Made by a program: the position numbers and the translations under genes. Of a stretch of DNA of 64,000 bases, positions 38,479 through 47,847 are shown piece after piece. Location of the stretch: assembly GCA_000999095.1 (NCBI GenBank), contig LCFP01000001.1, forward strand, positions 74,230-138,229, read 5' to 3'. The notes under the pieces are model-generated. The model saw only the letters and a program-made list of their open reading frames with translations, made no database searches and was not told where the DNA came from. The DNA is from Candidatus Gottesmanbacteria bacterium GW2011_GWA2_43_14 (GTDB lineage: Bacteria; Patescibacteriota; Microgenomatia; 2-02-FULL-39-11). Position 1 is the stretch's first letter. Every line of letters begins with the position of its first letter.

Positions 38479-39949
38479 AAGGCTTGCCCATATTGGTTAA
38501 CTGATATAGATCCGGCAAAAGTTCAGGCTCCTGACCGTAAAGGAAGGCTTTCACCAAACGGAAATTATTGACCGGGGAAAAATCTTCTTTTAGATTTTTG
38601 TAATCTTCACCGGGCAGATAGACGGCATTAAGAATTGACATTTTTAAAGCAATTTCCTTTTGTGAAGCCTCTGACCAGTCAAATTCCTGCTTATCGGCCT
38701 CATATGCTTCAGGATAGGGTCCTTCGTCAGCCTGAAAAATTATAATCGGAGGATTACTTTTATCCTCAAGGAACTTGTCGGTCAACTTGATGACTTCCCG
38801 GTTTAGATATTCAATCTGGTCAAGGTATTTGGTCTTGTAAGATCTGGCAGAGTCTTCTGCCAATGGCAGGAAACTGCCATCCTGCCGAAATACAAATGGT
38901 TCGTGCGGCACAAGCATATGGGCAAAGACAAATGTAGGCCGGGGTTCGACGGGGATTTCCTTCAGTTTATCAAATTTGTAGCGGATCCTCCTCCACTGGG
39001 TATAGCGGTAATCAAGAAGCGGCAGCCGGAATTTTTCAGCCAAAGGCTTTAGGGCGGAATTGTTGACCAGGATGGCTGAAAATTCGGAGAGCACATTCAA
39101 ATTGACATTCTCGTCGGCATGCCTGTTTTTACCGGTAGGCCACCACCAGTCTCCGAAATGATAGTATTTATAGCCTAATTTTTTCAGTTCAGCCTGGATT
39201 CTGTTGTTCTCCAGCATCCGGTATAAAGGCAACCAGTCCTGAGATTCCTTCATCCCGGCATCCAACGGATTATCCAAATAATCCATATTCAGGGTAGCTG
39301 TCAGGGAATGGGCTGAGGATGTATAATTTGCCCAACTTTTTGAGGCAATAAAGAAATTCTTCCCCTTTAAATAATCGGTAAAAGGGCTAAGGTCATAATC
39401 AAATTCCTTCTTGAGGCTATCGGCTGAAGCATAACGGTCAAAAATAATAAAATATATGTCCGGCAGTTTTTCGGCTGAAACTGCACGGGTGACAACCGTG
39501 GAAACGGATTCTCCGGAAAAATCCACTTTGATCCTCAGCTGATAATTAATGACCTGAACCAGCGGAATTGCTACCAGTACAAGGGAAAAAATATTTGTCC
39601 AGAAATGTAATTTATCGGTGTTTTTTACGTATTTCAATTTTCGGGCCGCAGTAAAAATCAGTCCTCCAAATAACAGATAAATCAAAAGCGGCTGTTTAAT
39701 AAACTTTTCCAGATGTCCGTAGGAGAAAAAAAGATAGAGGCTTATGGAAGTCAAAACAGCAGAAATCCTCAATTTGCGGGTGATCACCGTATAAATCAAA
39801 AAGAAGCACAGACACAGAATCACTGAAAATAAAAAAGGCAGGTAGGTTTCCTGGGGGAGGACCTGGTATAAATTTGCCTGATACAGACCAAGGACCGGAT
39901 AGACCGACATCAAAAAAGGGTGCAGCCAGGGGAAATTTAAGGGATTCAT
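38450..39949 (-). CDS. Membrane protein with alkaline-phosphatase/sulfatase-superfamily domain (LtaS/EptA-like topology)
   Basis: About 5 N-terminal TMs, then PDIYFIIFDRY, ANYTSSAHS, FAHMLVPHEPF, IIIFQADEG metal-site-like motifs. Confidence 0.78.
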   Translation of the reverse strand: MNPLNFPWLHPFLMSVYPVLGLYQANLYQVLPQETYLPFLFSVILCLCFFLIYTVITRKLRISAVLTSISLYLFFSYGHLEKFIKQPLLIYLLFGGLIFTAARKLKYVKNTDKLHFWTNIFSLVLVAIPLVQVINYQLRIKVDFSGESVSTVVTRAVSAEKLPDIYFIIFDRYASADSLKKEFDYDLSPFTDYLKGKNFFIASKSWANYTSSAHSLTATLNMDYLDNPLDAGMKESQDWLPLYRMLENNRIQAELKKLGYKYYHFGDWWWPTGKNRHADENVNLNVLSEFSAILVNNSALKPLAEKFRLPLLDYRYTQWRRIRYKFDKLKEIPVEPRPTFVFAHMLVPHEPFVFRQDGSFLPLAEDSARSYKTKYLDQIEYLNREVIKLTDKFLEDKSNPPIIIFQADEGPYPEAYEADKQEFDWSEASQKEIALKMSILNAVYLPGEDYKNLKEDFSPVNNFRLVKAFLYGQEPELLPDLYQLTNMGKPYDYYRYDRQ

Positions 39950-41331
39950 CGGTGACCCTCCAGTAAATATAAAATGCGGTCTTTGGATTTTAACGGCTGC
40001 TTTTTTCGGAGACGGAAATAGCGGCCGAAATCCGCCTGAAAATTTGTCTCTGAATACGCAGAGACATCCGCATTTCTTATTTGGGAGAGCAGCCTGACCT
40101 GGGGATCAGACGGGCCTACGAATTCGACTATCAGCTGTTTTCCCAGGCTGCTCAAATATTCTGCAATTGCCGAAAAAGGCAGGTTATCGGAAAAAAACAG
40201 GTGGTGGATTAAGGCCAATGCCAACACGCTGTCGGATTTAAGCCGTACGTCAAAAGTTTCCCTCTCCAGGTTGCGCCAACCCAGACCCGGACTGGGATTG
40301 ATCAGATCAATTGACAATGGCAGCAGATTTCCGATTTTTTCAGTCTCTGCCTGCCGGTAATTAATCTCAACAGCCAGGCTGTCGAAGTCGCAGGAAACTA
40401 CATATCCTGCCTTCCCTGCCGCCAGCCTGGAGTAGAATCCCGTATTGGCTCCCAAGTCGACCAGCTTGACCGGTTTGATAAAATTCAGCCATCCAATCGT
40501 CAGGCGTTCTTTTTCACGGCTGTATTCAGACATATCAGGCAGCCGGTAGTAATCCGACCAAAGGCTTCTTGATTCGGGAAGCCGGAGCGAGTTGACGGCT
40601 TTTTCCAGACTGTCAAGAATCCCCTCCAAACCTCTGCCCGTGACTTTGGAAGCTTCTTTTTCAACTGCTCCCTCCTTTTGGTATTTAGTTGCACTCAGGG
40701 CATGAAGGTGTAAATTCAAAAACAGATGCAAATTTAACCTGGATTTTCCCGGCAGTAGTTTTACTCCCAAATCCATAGGAACACCGTCCAGATGGTTTTT
40801 CATCAGCTGCTGCAGCCTTAAATCCCGGTAGGCCATCAAAGACAGCGGCAGCAGGAAATGCTGGCAAAATTGCCGGTAGGCAACCCAGGGACGGTTAATT
40901 TCGTAGCGTTCAAAAGAGAGCGTGTCAATAAAAACAGGCATTAAGCCTTTAAACTGGACATTGTATGAACTGGCATCTTTTAAAGTCAGGCCGTGTTTAA
41001 GGGCGGCTTTTTCTATTTTCAAAGTCAGGAGCGCTGCTTTCTTATAGGCTGAGAAACTCCATTCATATGGATAGCTGATGACGGGAATTACCTCAGGTTC
41101 CAGAATTTTATAGAGTCCCTTATCCTGCCAGCCGGATTTTGCGGGTGATTCCTCTTTGTGTTCAATCAGCAGCTTGTCTGATACGAGCTCCTGATACAGG
41201 CCTGAGTTCATCAAAAGGTCATAATCAGCCCGGTAGCTGTCTTGAACCGTCCTGATGATTCTACCCTGATGATGGAAAACCTGTCCGCTTCTATCCCGGA
41301 AGGATGAGGGCAAAGCTCTGATTTTATTCAT
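39946..41331 (-). CDS. NoeA-like protein: kinase-like N-domain plus class I SAM methyltransferase
   Basis: SSFRD.SG, ISYPYEWS, LKDASSYNVQF, FIDTLSF; C-terminal VDLGANTG, SCDFD, LALALIHHL. Start placed at ATG 41331 (ATGA overlap). Confidence 0.8.
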   Translation of the reverse strand: MNKIRALPSSFRDRSGQVFHHQGRIIRTVQDSYRADYDLLMNSGLYQELVSDKLLIEHKEESPAKSGWQDKGLYKILEPEVIPVISYPYEWSFSAYKKAALLTLKIEKAALKHGLTLKDASSYNVQFKGLMPVFIDTLSFERYEINRPWVAYRQFCQHFLLPLSLMAYRDLRLQQLMKNHLDGVPMDLGVKLLPGKSRLNLHLFLNLHLHALSATKYQKEGAVEKEASKVTGRGLEGILDSLEKAVNSLRLPESRSLWSDYYRLPDMSEYSREKERLTIGWLNFIKPVKLVDLGANTGFYSRLAAGKAGYVVSCDFDSLAVEINYRQAETEKIGNLLPLSIDLINPSPGLGWRNLERETFDVRLKSDSVLALALIHHLFFSDNLPFSAIAEYLSSLGKQLIVEFVGPSDPQVRLLSQIRNADVSAYSETNFQADFGRYFRLRKKQPLKSKDRILYLLEGHR

Positions 41332-41531
41332 TTTTTCTTCTGTCTGAATGAAGCTACCAGGCGGTTGAGGCTGCTTTTGATATACTTCCAAAAAAACCTG
41401 AAAGAGACGGCCAGTCCGAGAAAGACGGCGATTATTGTCTGAAAAATATAACTGCCCGTGCCCGGATCAATATATGCGTGAACTTTCGGCGGAAACAGAA
41501 AAATGATAATAAGGATAAAAAGAATTCTCAT
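41328..41531 (-). CDS. Small membrane protein with YIDPGTGS motif
   Basis: 67 aa: signal peptide ending VHA, then YIDPGTGS, a TM helix and a basic tail (RQKKK); stop overlaps the next ATG. Confidence 0.8.
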   Translation of the reverse strand: MRILFILIIIFLFPPKVHAYIDPGTGSYIFQTIIAVFLGLAVSFRFFWKYIKSSLNRLVASFRQKKK

Positions 41532-41538
41532 GGACTGT

Positions 41539-41547
41539 ATTTTATCA
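41539..41547 (-). promoter_or_regulatory. Putative extended -10 (TGaTAAAAT) 7 nt before the YIDPGTGS gene
   Basis: TGA-TAAAAT-ACAGTCC-ATG. Confidence 0.5.
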
Positions 41548-42663
41548 TTTAAACCTCTGGTATTGCCAGTCTGTATCCCTGGCGGTTTTCTCCCAGGAAA
41601 ATCTCCGGCTCCTCTCTTTGGCGCCCGATAGCCGGGTATTTTTTTCTTTCCGGGAAAGTGTAAGAAAAAAAGCGATTGCCTTCCTTATGGATTTGCTTTC
41701 GTTCGGATCGAAATAAATTAAAGCATCTCCCCAGATTTCTCTAAAAGCCGGGATATCTGAAACAACCGGCAGGCAACCGGCAGCCACCGCTTCCAAAAGG
41801 GGCAGTCCGAAACCCTCCATTAGGGCCGGTGAAATAAACCCCTCCGCCTGACGGTACAGGGCAGCCAACTCTGCATCATCTGCCTTGCCAAAAAAAATGA
41901 CGCTTTTTCCGGCACCGGCATCCTTTGCCAACCGCTTTAAACGGGGATAGAAAAAATCATCATTTCCCACCAATATCAGCCGGACCTGGTGCTCTCTTTC
42001 TATTTGCGGAAACAAAAGTACGAGTTTCTCCAGATTTTTATGGGGGTAGGCATTTCCCACATATATAAGGTAAGGTTTGCCCCGGGGAAGGTATACGGAA
42101 GTATTTTCTGCATTATTAAGAGTTTTAAGGAAATTTTCGTCCAAAGCGTCATAAGTGACGCTAACTTTATCCCGGGCTTCAGCGTAATGCGCTTTGATTT
42201 CCCCGGCTGTTGCTTCAGAAATGGCAAAAACGTGCTCTGCTTTGGAAAGGGCTCTCCTCATCAGCATCCGGTAAGCGGATTTTTTCAGCATATATACAGG
42301 ATAAGGCCAGCGGCTGGCACGTCCGGTTGTTTCATGGTCAATAATAAGATCATGAACAGTCACCACAAACCTGCCCTGATAAAAAACAGGCAAACTGAAA
42401 TAGGGAAAATGAACCAGGTCCAGTTTGTATTTTCCCAGTATAAAAGGCAGCCAAAGCTGTTCTGTCAGGGAATGCCAGCGGACATCAAGTGCAATTTTTA
42501 TAAAGGATGAGGGTAGATTGGGCAGGTATTTTAACTCACGGCTCCCCGTAAAAACCAGAAATTCATCATGTTTATTTATCTTGGCCAGGTTTATCAGCAG
42601 GTTTTTGATATACCTGCCGACTCCGGTCTCATTAACCAGCCTGGCGTCAAAACCGATGCGCAT
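41545..42663 (-). CDS. Glycosyltransferase family 4
   Basis: MRIGFDAR...GVGRY, VTVHDL, YVGNAYPHKN, EGFGLPLLEA. Confidence 0.94.
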   Translation of the reverse strand: MRIGFDARLVNETGVGRYIKNLLINLAKINKHDEFLVFTGSRELKYLPNLPSSFIKIALDVRWHSLTEQLWLPFILGKYKLDLVHFPYFSLPVFYQGRFVVTVHDLIIDHETTGRASRWPYPVYMLKKSAYRMLMRRALSKAEHVFAISEATAGEIKAHYAEARDKVSVTYDALDENFLKTLNNAENTSVYLPRGKPYLIYVGNAYPHKNLEKLVLLFPQIEREHQVRLILVGNDDFFYPRLKRLAKDAGAGKSVIFFGKADDAELAALYRQAEGFISPALMEGFGLPLLEAVAAGCLPVVSDIPAFREIWGDALIYFDPNESKSIRKAIAFFLTLSRKEKNTRLSGAKERSRRFSWEKTARDTDWQYQRFK

Positions 42664-43552
42664 ATGATGACAACCGCTCCTTTATGCTGATACCGAAAAA
42701 AATTAACGGTGACAGCCATTTGTAAATGCCCCGGTTATAATGCTTGCGGTAAAAAATCCTCATGACCTCATAACGTGCCTGACTTGCCCTGATTTTGGTT
42801 TGACGGCTGGCCGTGGAAATATGGCTGGTATGTTTTTTCAGGCCTGAAGATACGCCCTTATAATGGATTATAGAAACCCTGGGCAAAAAAAAGATTTTCC
42901 AGCCGTTTTTTTTGAGACGATAGCAAAAATCGAGATCTTCCCCGTACCAGAAATATGACTCGTCGAACCAGCCGGCGCTTCCGCCTGCCTCCTTCCTTAC
43001 CATCATAAATGCCCCGACACAGCTGTCAATTTCATGGGTTTTATCCAGGTCGCGGTATCCCAAATGGTAACCGTTAAAGACCGTCGAGCGCGGAAAAAGA
43101 GCCGCCAAACCCGAAAAATGGCAAAAAGCATTCCAGGGCGTGGGAAAGCCGCGGTGACAGGCATCATCCAGTGATCCGTCAGGCAGATTGACCCTGGCAG
43201 TGACAACGGCTGCTTGCGGATTTTTTTCCAGGAAGAGGACTGTTTCCCGGAGTGTTTGCTTCCCCACAAGCGTGTCCGGGTTCAGAAACAGCACATATTG
43301 ACCTCGGCAGTATTTGACACCCCGATTATTGGCTTTGGCAAAACCGGTATTGGTTTTGTTCTGCAGTATTTTGACTTTAGGAAACTTTTTTTTGAGAACA
43401 TTTGCCGGGTTTTCCCGTGAAGCATTGTCTGTGACGATGACTTCAAATTCAGAATCAGGCAAACTGCTATTATAGAGCGAGACCAGACAGGCTGATAAAT
43501 ATTCCAGGGTGTTGTAATTTACGATAATGACGGATAAAGTCGGTTTGCTCAT
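42647..43552 (-). CDS. Glycosyltransferase family 2 (WbbL-like)
   Basis: SVIIVNYN, DNAS, GFAKANN, FLNPDT, GAFMMVR, YGEDLDFC. Confidence 0.93.
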   Translation of the reverse strand: MSKPTLSVIIVNYNTLEYLSACLVSLYNSSLPDSEFEVIVTDNASRENPANVLKKKFPKVKILQNKTNTGFAKANNRGVKYCRGQYVLFLNPDTLVGKQTLRETVLFLEKNPQAAVVTARVNLPDGSLDDACHRGFPTPWNAFCHFSGLAALFPRSTVFNGYHLGYRDLDKTHEIDSCVGAFMMVRKEAGGSAGWFDESYFWYGEDLDFCYRLKKNGWKIFFLPRVSIIHYKGVSSGLKKHTSHISTASRQTKIRASQARYEVMRIFYRKHYNRGIYKWLSPLIFFGISIKERLSSYAHRF

Positions 43553-43557
43553 CTTGT

Positions 43558-44742
43558 TCAGACTGACTGTTGGTAAATCCGGTCAAGCCGGTTTGAAATC
43601 TCTGTCCAGCTGAAATTCTTCTCGACCAGAAGCCTTCCGCTGGCGGCCAACTTCCGGTACAGTTTGTTGTCAGTCAACAGCTTAACCGTAGCATCAGCCA
43701 GAGCTTCGGGACCATCTTCAATCAAAGCATCCCGCTTGTTAACGGCAGCCAGGCCCTCTATGCCGGTAGGCGTGGTAACAACCGGCAGTCCGGCGGCCAT
43801 TGATTCCAGAATTTTGTAGCGGGTGCCGCCCGGTCCGTAAATCGGTGCCAGCAATACATCTGCCGCAGCATAGGATCTGCGGATATCGTCAACATTTTCT
43901 TCAATTGATATATCCCCCGCTTCCAATCCGGCAATCTGCGCAGGCGGATGCCTGCCGACAATCGACAGCCTGACCTTACTCGGCAGTTTGGCTTTAATTC
44001 TCGGCCAGACATCCCTAACCAGAAGGGTAACGGCTTCGCGGTTTTGCAGCCATTTAAAATTGCCGACAAAAAGCACAGTCTTCATTTTATTTTTCTGTTT
44101 TTCGGTTTTGACGGTAAAAAAATCCGTATCGACGCCGTTGGGTACCAGGTCAACCACCAGTTTCTGATGCCTTTTCTGCATCAGTATTTTATCGGCCTCT
44201 GACATGGCGATGACCCTTTTAGCCCTTTTCCAGAAGCTTTTTTCCCAATAGTGAATTTTGGCTACGTCGAGCTCCATCAGCAGTTTCTGGGGTAAAAAAC
44301 CCACCTGCTGGGTATGATGACGGTAAACCAGATATTCTATGGTCTGTTCAGCCAGAATAATGGGAATATTATTCTGTGGAATATTGGGCATGACATAGAA
44401 AGTTTCGGCATGGATCAGGTCGAACTTTTTACGGTTAATGGCTTCAGATATGGAATTTTTCACCTCCATCTTAAGATACATGCAGACAACCAATGGATAA
44501 TAGGAAATGCCTGCCAAAGCTAAACTTGTAAGCGACCAGGGCGGTCTTTTGACGAAAACTTTGACTTCCGAGCAAAAATTATTCAGGACCTTTATATAGT
44601 TTTTTTCCTTCTCTTCCCTGATAAAGGAAAACAGGGTGATGTCATGCTTTTTGCTTAAGTGCTTCAGGAGATTGAAAGTGCGGATCTGACCGCCTGACCA
44701 AAGCGGATACGGCAGGTAAGGAGTGAGCATCAGAATTTTCAT
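43558..44742 (-). CDS. Glycosyltransferase family 4
   Basis: PYP..SGGQIR, VPNGVD, GGTRYKILESMAAGLPVV. Confidence 0.92.
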   Translation of the reverse strand: MKILMLTPYLPYPLWSGGQIRTFNLLKHLSKKHDITLFSFIREEKEKNYIKVLNNFCSEVKVFVKRPPWSLTSLALAGISYYPLVVCMYLKMEVKNSISEAINRKKFDLIHAETFYVMPNIPQNNIPIILAEQTIEYLVYRHHTQQVGFLPQKLLMELDVAKIHYWEKSFWKRAKRVIAMSEADKILMQKRHQKLVVDLVPNGVDTDFFTVKTEKQKNKMKTVLFVGNFKWLQNREAVTLLVRDVWPRIKAKLPSKVRLSIVGRHPPAQIAGLEAGDISIEENVDDIRRSYAAADVLLAPIYGPGGTRYKILESMAAGLPVVTTPTGIEGLAAVNKRDALIEDGPEALADATVKLLTDNKLYRKLAASGRLLVEKNFSWTEISNRLDRIYQQSV

Positions 44743-44751
44743 ATTTGGAGA

Positions 44752-47700
44752 TTATTTGGGAAGCCTGTTATCCGGGACAAGTTGAATAATTGTATATCGG
44801 TCAGTTTTGGCAATAAGTTTATAGAGTCTTAGGCTTTCATCTTTGTTAGTTGCCGCGGCAACGAGCTCCTTTGTCAACTCATCATTACCGACACTTACAT
44901 AGAAATGTGCGCCCATCTTAATCATGCCCTCAATATCCTTTTGCATGATAGGCCAGCCTGCCCTATTTGTCTGGTATAGAAAAGCCGTGTCACCGTTATA
45001 TGGAGCGATAACCAGCGATTTTCTGGGCGTTAACAGGTCTACCTGTCTGCCGGCTTCAACAATTTCCGGGTGGTTGATGTTGTAAAAATCGCGTATGTGG
45101 TACCAGGCAAACATCAGCATGAAGAAAACTGAAACCGCCAAAACAACCCTGACTTTCAGGCGTCCCAAGCTTTGGCTTAAAGACAGCAGATAAACCGCTC
45201 CTTTACCCAGAAAGATTGCGATTATGGGAATGGTCAAAACCTGGTAATAGTCATGCCTGACATTGCCGGTGGCTACGACGGTGACGAAAAGTAATATAGC
45301 CAGTCCCCAAAGATAATATAAGTTGTTTTCTGCTTTTTTCGGAGACAAAAGCCCCAGGATCAAAAGAGGCAAACCGAAATAGCCCAGGATTAATTTCCCC
45401 AGACGCTCGGCAAACATCCATTGGAAAAAGGCACCCTTAAACCTGATGCCGTCACCGTTTAACAGCCAGGAATTGGCCGGGATGCCTTCCGGAAAATTGC
45501 CGGACCAGACTCTCCAGCCGAAATAAGGCAACATGACCAGAATTAAATAAATCAGCAGAAATAGAAGTGTTTTCAAACTTATTTTTTTGTCCTTCAGGAA
45601 GATATAAGAAAGAGGCAAAAAGAGAAAGACGGTAAAAGGCTTGACAAGGACAGCCGCCGATGCAAAGATTAAAGAAATCGTAAGCCTGAAGATTTTATTA
45701 AAAGATCGGTATTCCCCGGCCTTATCGGCAAAATAAAGCATACCGGTAGTGGTAAAGGCCAGGAACGGTTCAGGCAAAATTGTCCGGCTGAAAAAGACAT
45801 TATATGGTAAAACTGCAAAGAAGGCGGACGACCAGAAAGCGGTGGCTCTGCCGCTGTACTTGCGGACAAGCAAAAAGATAAAAATCAAAGTCCCTAAAGA
45901 GGCCAGTACCGAAGTCAACCTCTCTTTAAGCTCCAGATGGTAGCCAACCAGCAGTTTGTCGACAGCTACCGCGGCAATGTTGTAAAGCGGAAATTCGACG
46001 AAACGGTAACCTTTGGGGTTGTCTTTACCCGAAGCTACATTGGACAAATCATCATAAACGGGATAGAGCAGATTGATTCCGTTTTTGACATAGTTACGGG
46101 TGACCGCCGAAGTATCCGCCTGCCTCCAGGAATGCCAATCAGCCAAAGGCTCGGCAATTTTGTACAGGCGGAGTGAAAAAGCCGGAATCAGAATAATAAG
46201 AAGCAAAAACAAATCGCTTTTTACAAAAATCAGGCTTTTTTTCTTCAGGGAGGAAAAAAAGCTTCCCAGATCCGCAACCTGGGGCTTGGGCACTTTTTTA
46301 TTATTGCCCCGGGAAAGATGGACACCGGCCAAAACAATTCCCGAGATAGCCCAGAAAGATTGGGCTACTTTGGATGATTCAAAGACATCAATATAAACGG
46401 CATTGACCATCAGTCCGAAAATCAAGCCGGCAAAACCCGCACTGACGGCAAAAAATAGCGGGTCCTCCAACACTTCCAGATTTCTCCAGACATAATAGAG
46501 CATGTATAAAAGCATGCCGTAAAAAGCGGCAAAACCGAAAAGCCCTGTTTCCCCCAATGCTCTCAGATAATCATTGTCTGTCGACTCGGCTTCGGTAAAT
46601 TCCGTCAGCTGGGTCTTATTCAAAGTGGAATAACCGCTGCCGAACAGCGGATTTTTCTTAAAGCCGGCAACAGCCCGGGGCCACAGTGCATCGAAACGGA
46701 TGGCTGTGGACAGATCATAGATAAATGCGGTTTGGGAATAGGTCCTCGCTTTTTCGGTGATGTTGCCGTCGGCATCCACGATTTTCAGGGGTATATCATC
46801 CTCAACATCGCTCGGCCGGCCGATAGTCGGCGGCTGGTCGCTTTTGGAAGTAATTCGGCTTAATGCAGAACTGTTGTTTTCCAAAAAATAGGCTTTGTCT
46901 GTCGGAGGTTTACCGATAGGCAGCATGACCAGGGATTTTATACCCGACAACCTTTCATCAAGCCTGAGAAACCGGGTAAATCTTTCCGATAAATCCCCGA
47001 ATGAGAGCATTATGACAATGGAAAGAACTGTCACTGCCAGGTATCTCTTCAGAGACCAGACCAGACCCCGTCTAAAGGACCAGAAGGCAAACATCAGAAA
47101 CAGGCCGGCCAGATATGCCAGAAAAGAAGTGCGCGACGCGGTCAGGATAAGAGTCCAGAAGGCTGCTGAAAGAATAATAAATACAATTGCTTTGGCTAAC
47201 AGTTTTTTTAAGGAGAAAAATATGCTCCAGAGAAGTATCAAAGCCATCATCATATAAGCCGCCAGGTCATAATGCCCTCCGAAAGTAGACAGCACCCTGG
47301 CATGTTCCGTCAGGTAAAGCATCCAGCCTTTGGAAAATTCCCTGTTCATGGTGGAAAAAGCCGGCCAGTAAAGATATTTTTGTCCGAATCCGTAAAGTGC
47401 TACCGTCAGGATTACGGCCGAGAGAATGTAAAAATAGCTTAGAGCCTGCTTTAAAGATTTGACTGTGGTAAAAAAAATAAAAAACAGGGAGAAATACTCA
47501 ATTCTTCTGAGGAAGTGCAACAGGACTTTGGAGACGTGAAGCGTTTCCAAAGGCACCGATTTGGCTATAAATAAGGCAGAGACGATGGAAAGCAAACCTG
47601 CTGAAAGGTAAACCGCCATCCATTTGCTCAGGGGATTGCCTTTTAAATTGATTTTGCCGCGCAAAAGCTGCGAAAACCAGATAATACCTGCCGAAAGAAT

Positions 47701-47847
47701 CAGAAAATCTTCCAGCCGTACCCTGACAATATAACCCGGCAGCACGTCCAAAAGCGGCAGCTTCGGATAAAGCGGGATGAAAATCAACAGAAACTGGGCA
47801 AAGATTGGCAGGAGATGGTTATCCAACCAACCGGTAAGCTTGCGCAT
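44752..47847 (-). CDS. Fusion of O-antigen ligase/Wzy-like domain and GT-C (PMT_2/ArnT-like) glycosyltransferase
   Basis: N-half: RVLSTFGG, LTASRTS, NPLFGSGY, DNDYLRALGETG. C-half: LRLYKI, DWHSWRQADT, EFPLY, SRTILPE, HDYYQ. Confidence 0.8.
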   Translation of the reverse strand: MRKLTGWLDNHLLPIFAQFLLIFIPLYPKLPLLDVLPGYIVRVRLEDFLILSAGIIWFSQLLRGKINLKGNPLSKWMAVYLSAGLLSIVSALFIAKSVPLETLHVSKVLLHFLRRIEYFSLFFIFFTTVKSLKQALSYFYILSAVILTVALYGFGQKYLYWPAFSTMNREFSKGWMLYLTEHARVLSTFGGHYDLAAYMMMALILLWSIFFSLKKLLAKAIVFIILSAAFWTLILTASRTSFLAYLAGLFLMFAFWSFRRGLVWSLKRYLAVTVLSIVIMLSFGDLSERFTRFLRLDERLSGIKSLVMLPIGKPPTDKAYFLENNSSALSRITSKSDQPPTIGRPSDVEDDIPLKIVDADGNITEKARTYSQTAFIYDLSTAIRFDALWPRAVAGFKKNPLFGSGYSTLNKTQLTEFTEAESTDNDYLRALGETGLFGFAAFYGMLLYMLYYVWRNLEVLEDPLFFAVSAGFAGLIFGLMVNAVYIDVFESSKVAQSFWAISGIVLAGVHLSRGNNKKVPKPQVADLGSFFSSLKKKSLIFVKSDLFLLLIILIPAFSLRLYKIAEPLADWHSWRQADTSAVTRNYVKNGINLLYPVYDDLSNVASGKDNPKGYRFVEFPLYNIAAVAVDKLLVGYHLELKERLTSVLASLGTLIFIFLLVRKYSGRATAFWSSAFFAVLPYNVFFSRTILPEPFLAFTTTGMLYFADKAGEYRSFNKIFRLTISLIFASAAVLVKPFTVFLFLPLSYIFLKDKKISLKTLLFLLIYLILVMLPYFGWRVWSGNFPEGIPANSWLLNGDGIRFKGAFFQWMFAERLGKLILGYFGLPLLILGLLSPKKAENNLYYLWGLAILLFVTVVATGNVRHDYYQVLTIPIIAIFLGKGAVYLLSLSQSLGRLKVRVVLAVSVFFMLMFAWYHIRDFYNINHPEIVEAGRQVDLLTPRKSLVIAPYNGDTAFLYQTNRAGWPIMQKDIEGMIKMGAHFYVSVGNDELTKELVAAATNKDESLRLYKLIAKTDRYTIIQLVPDNRLPK

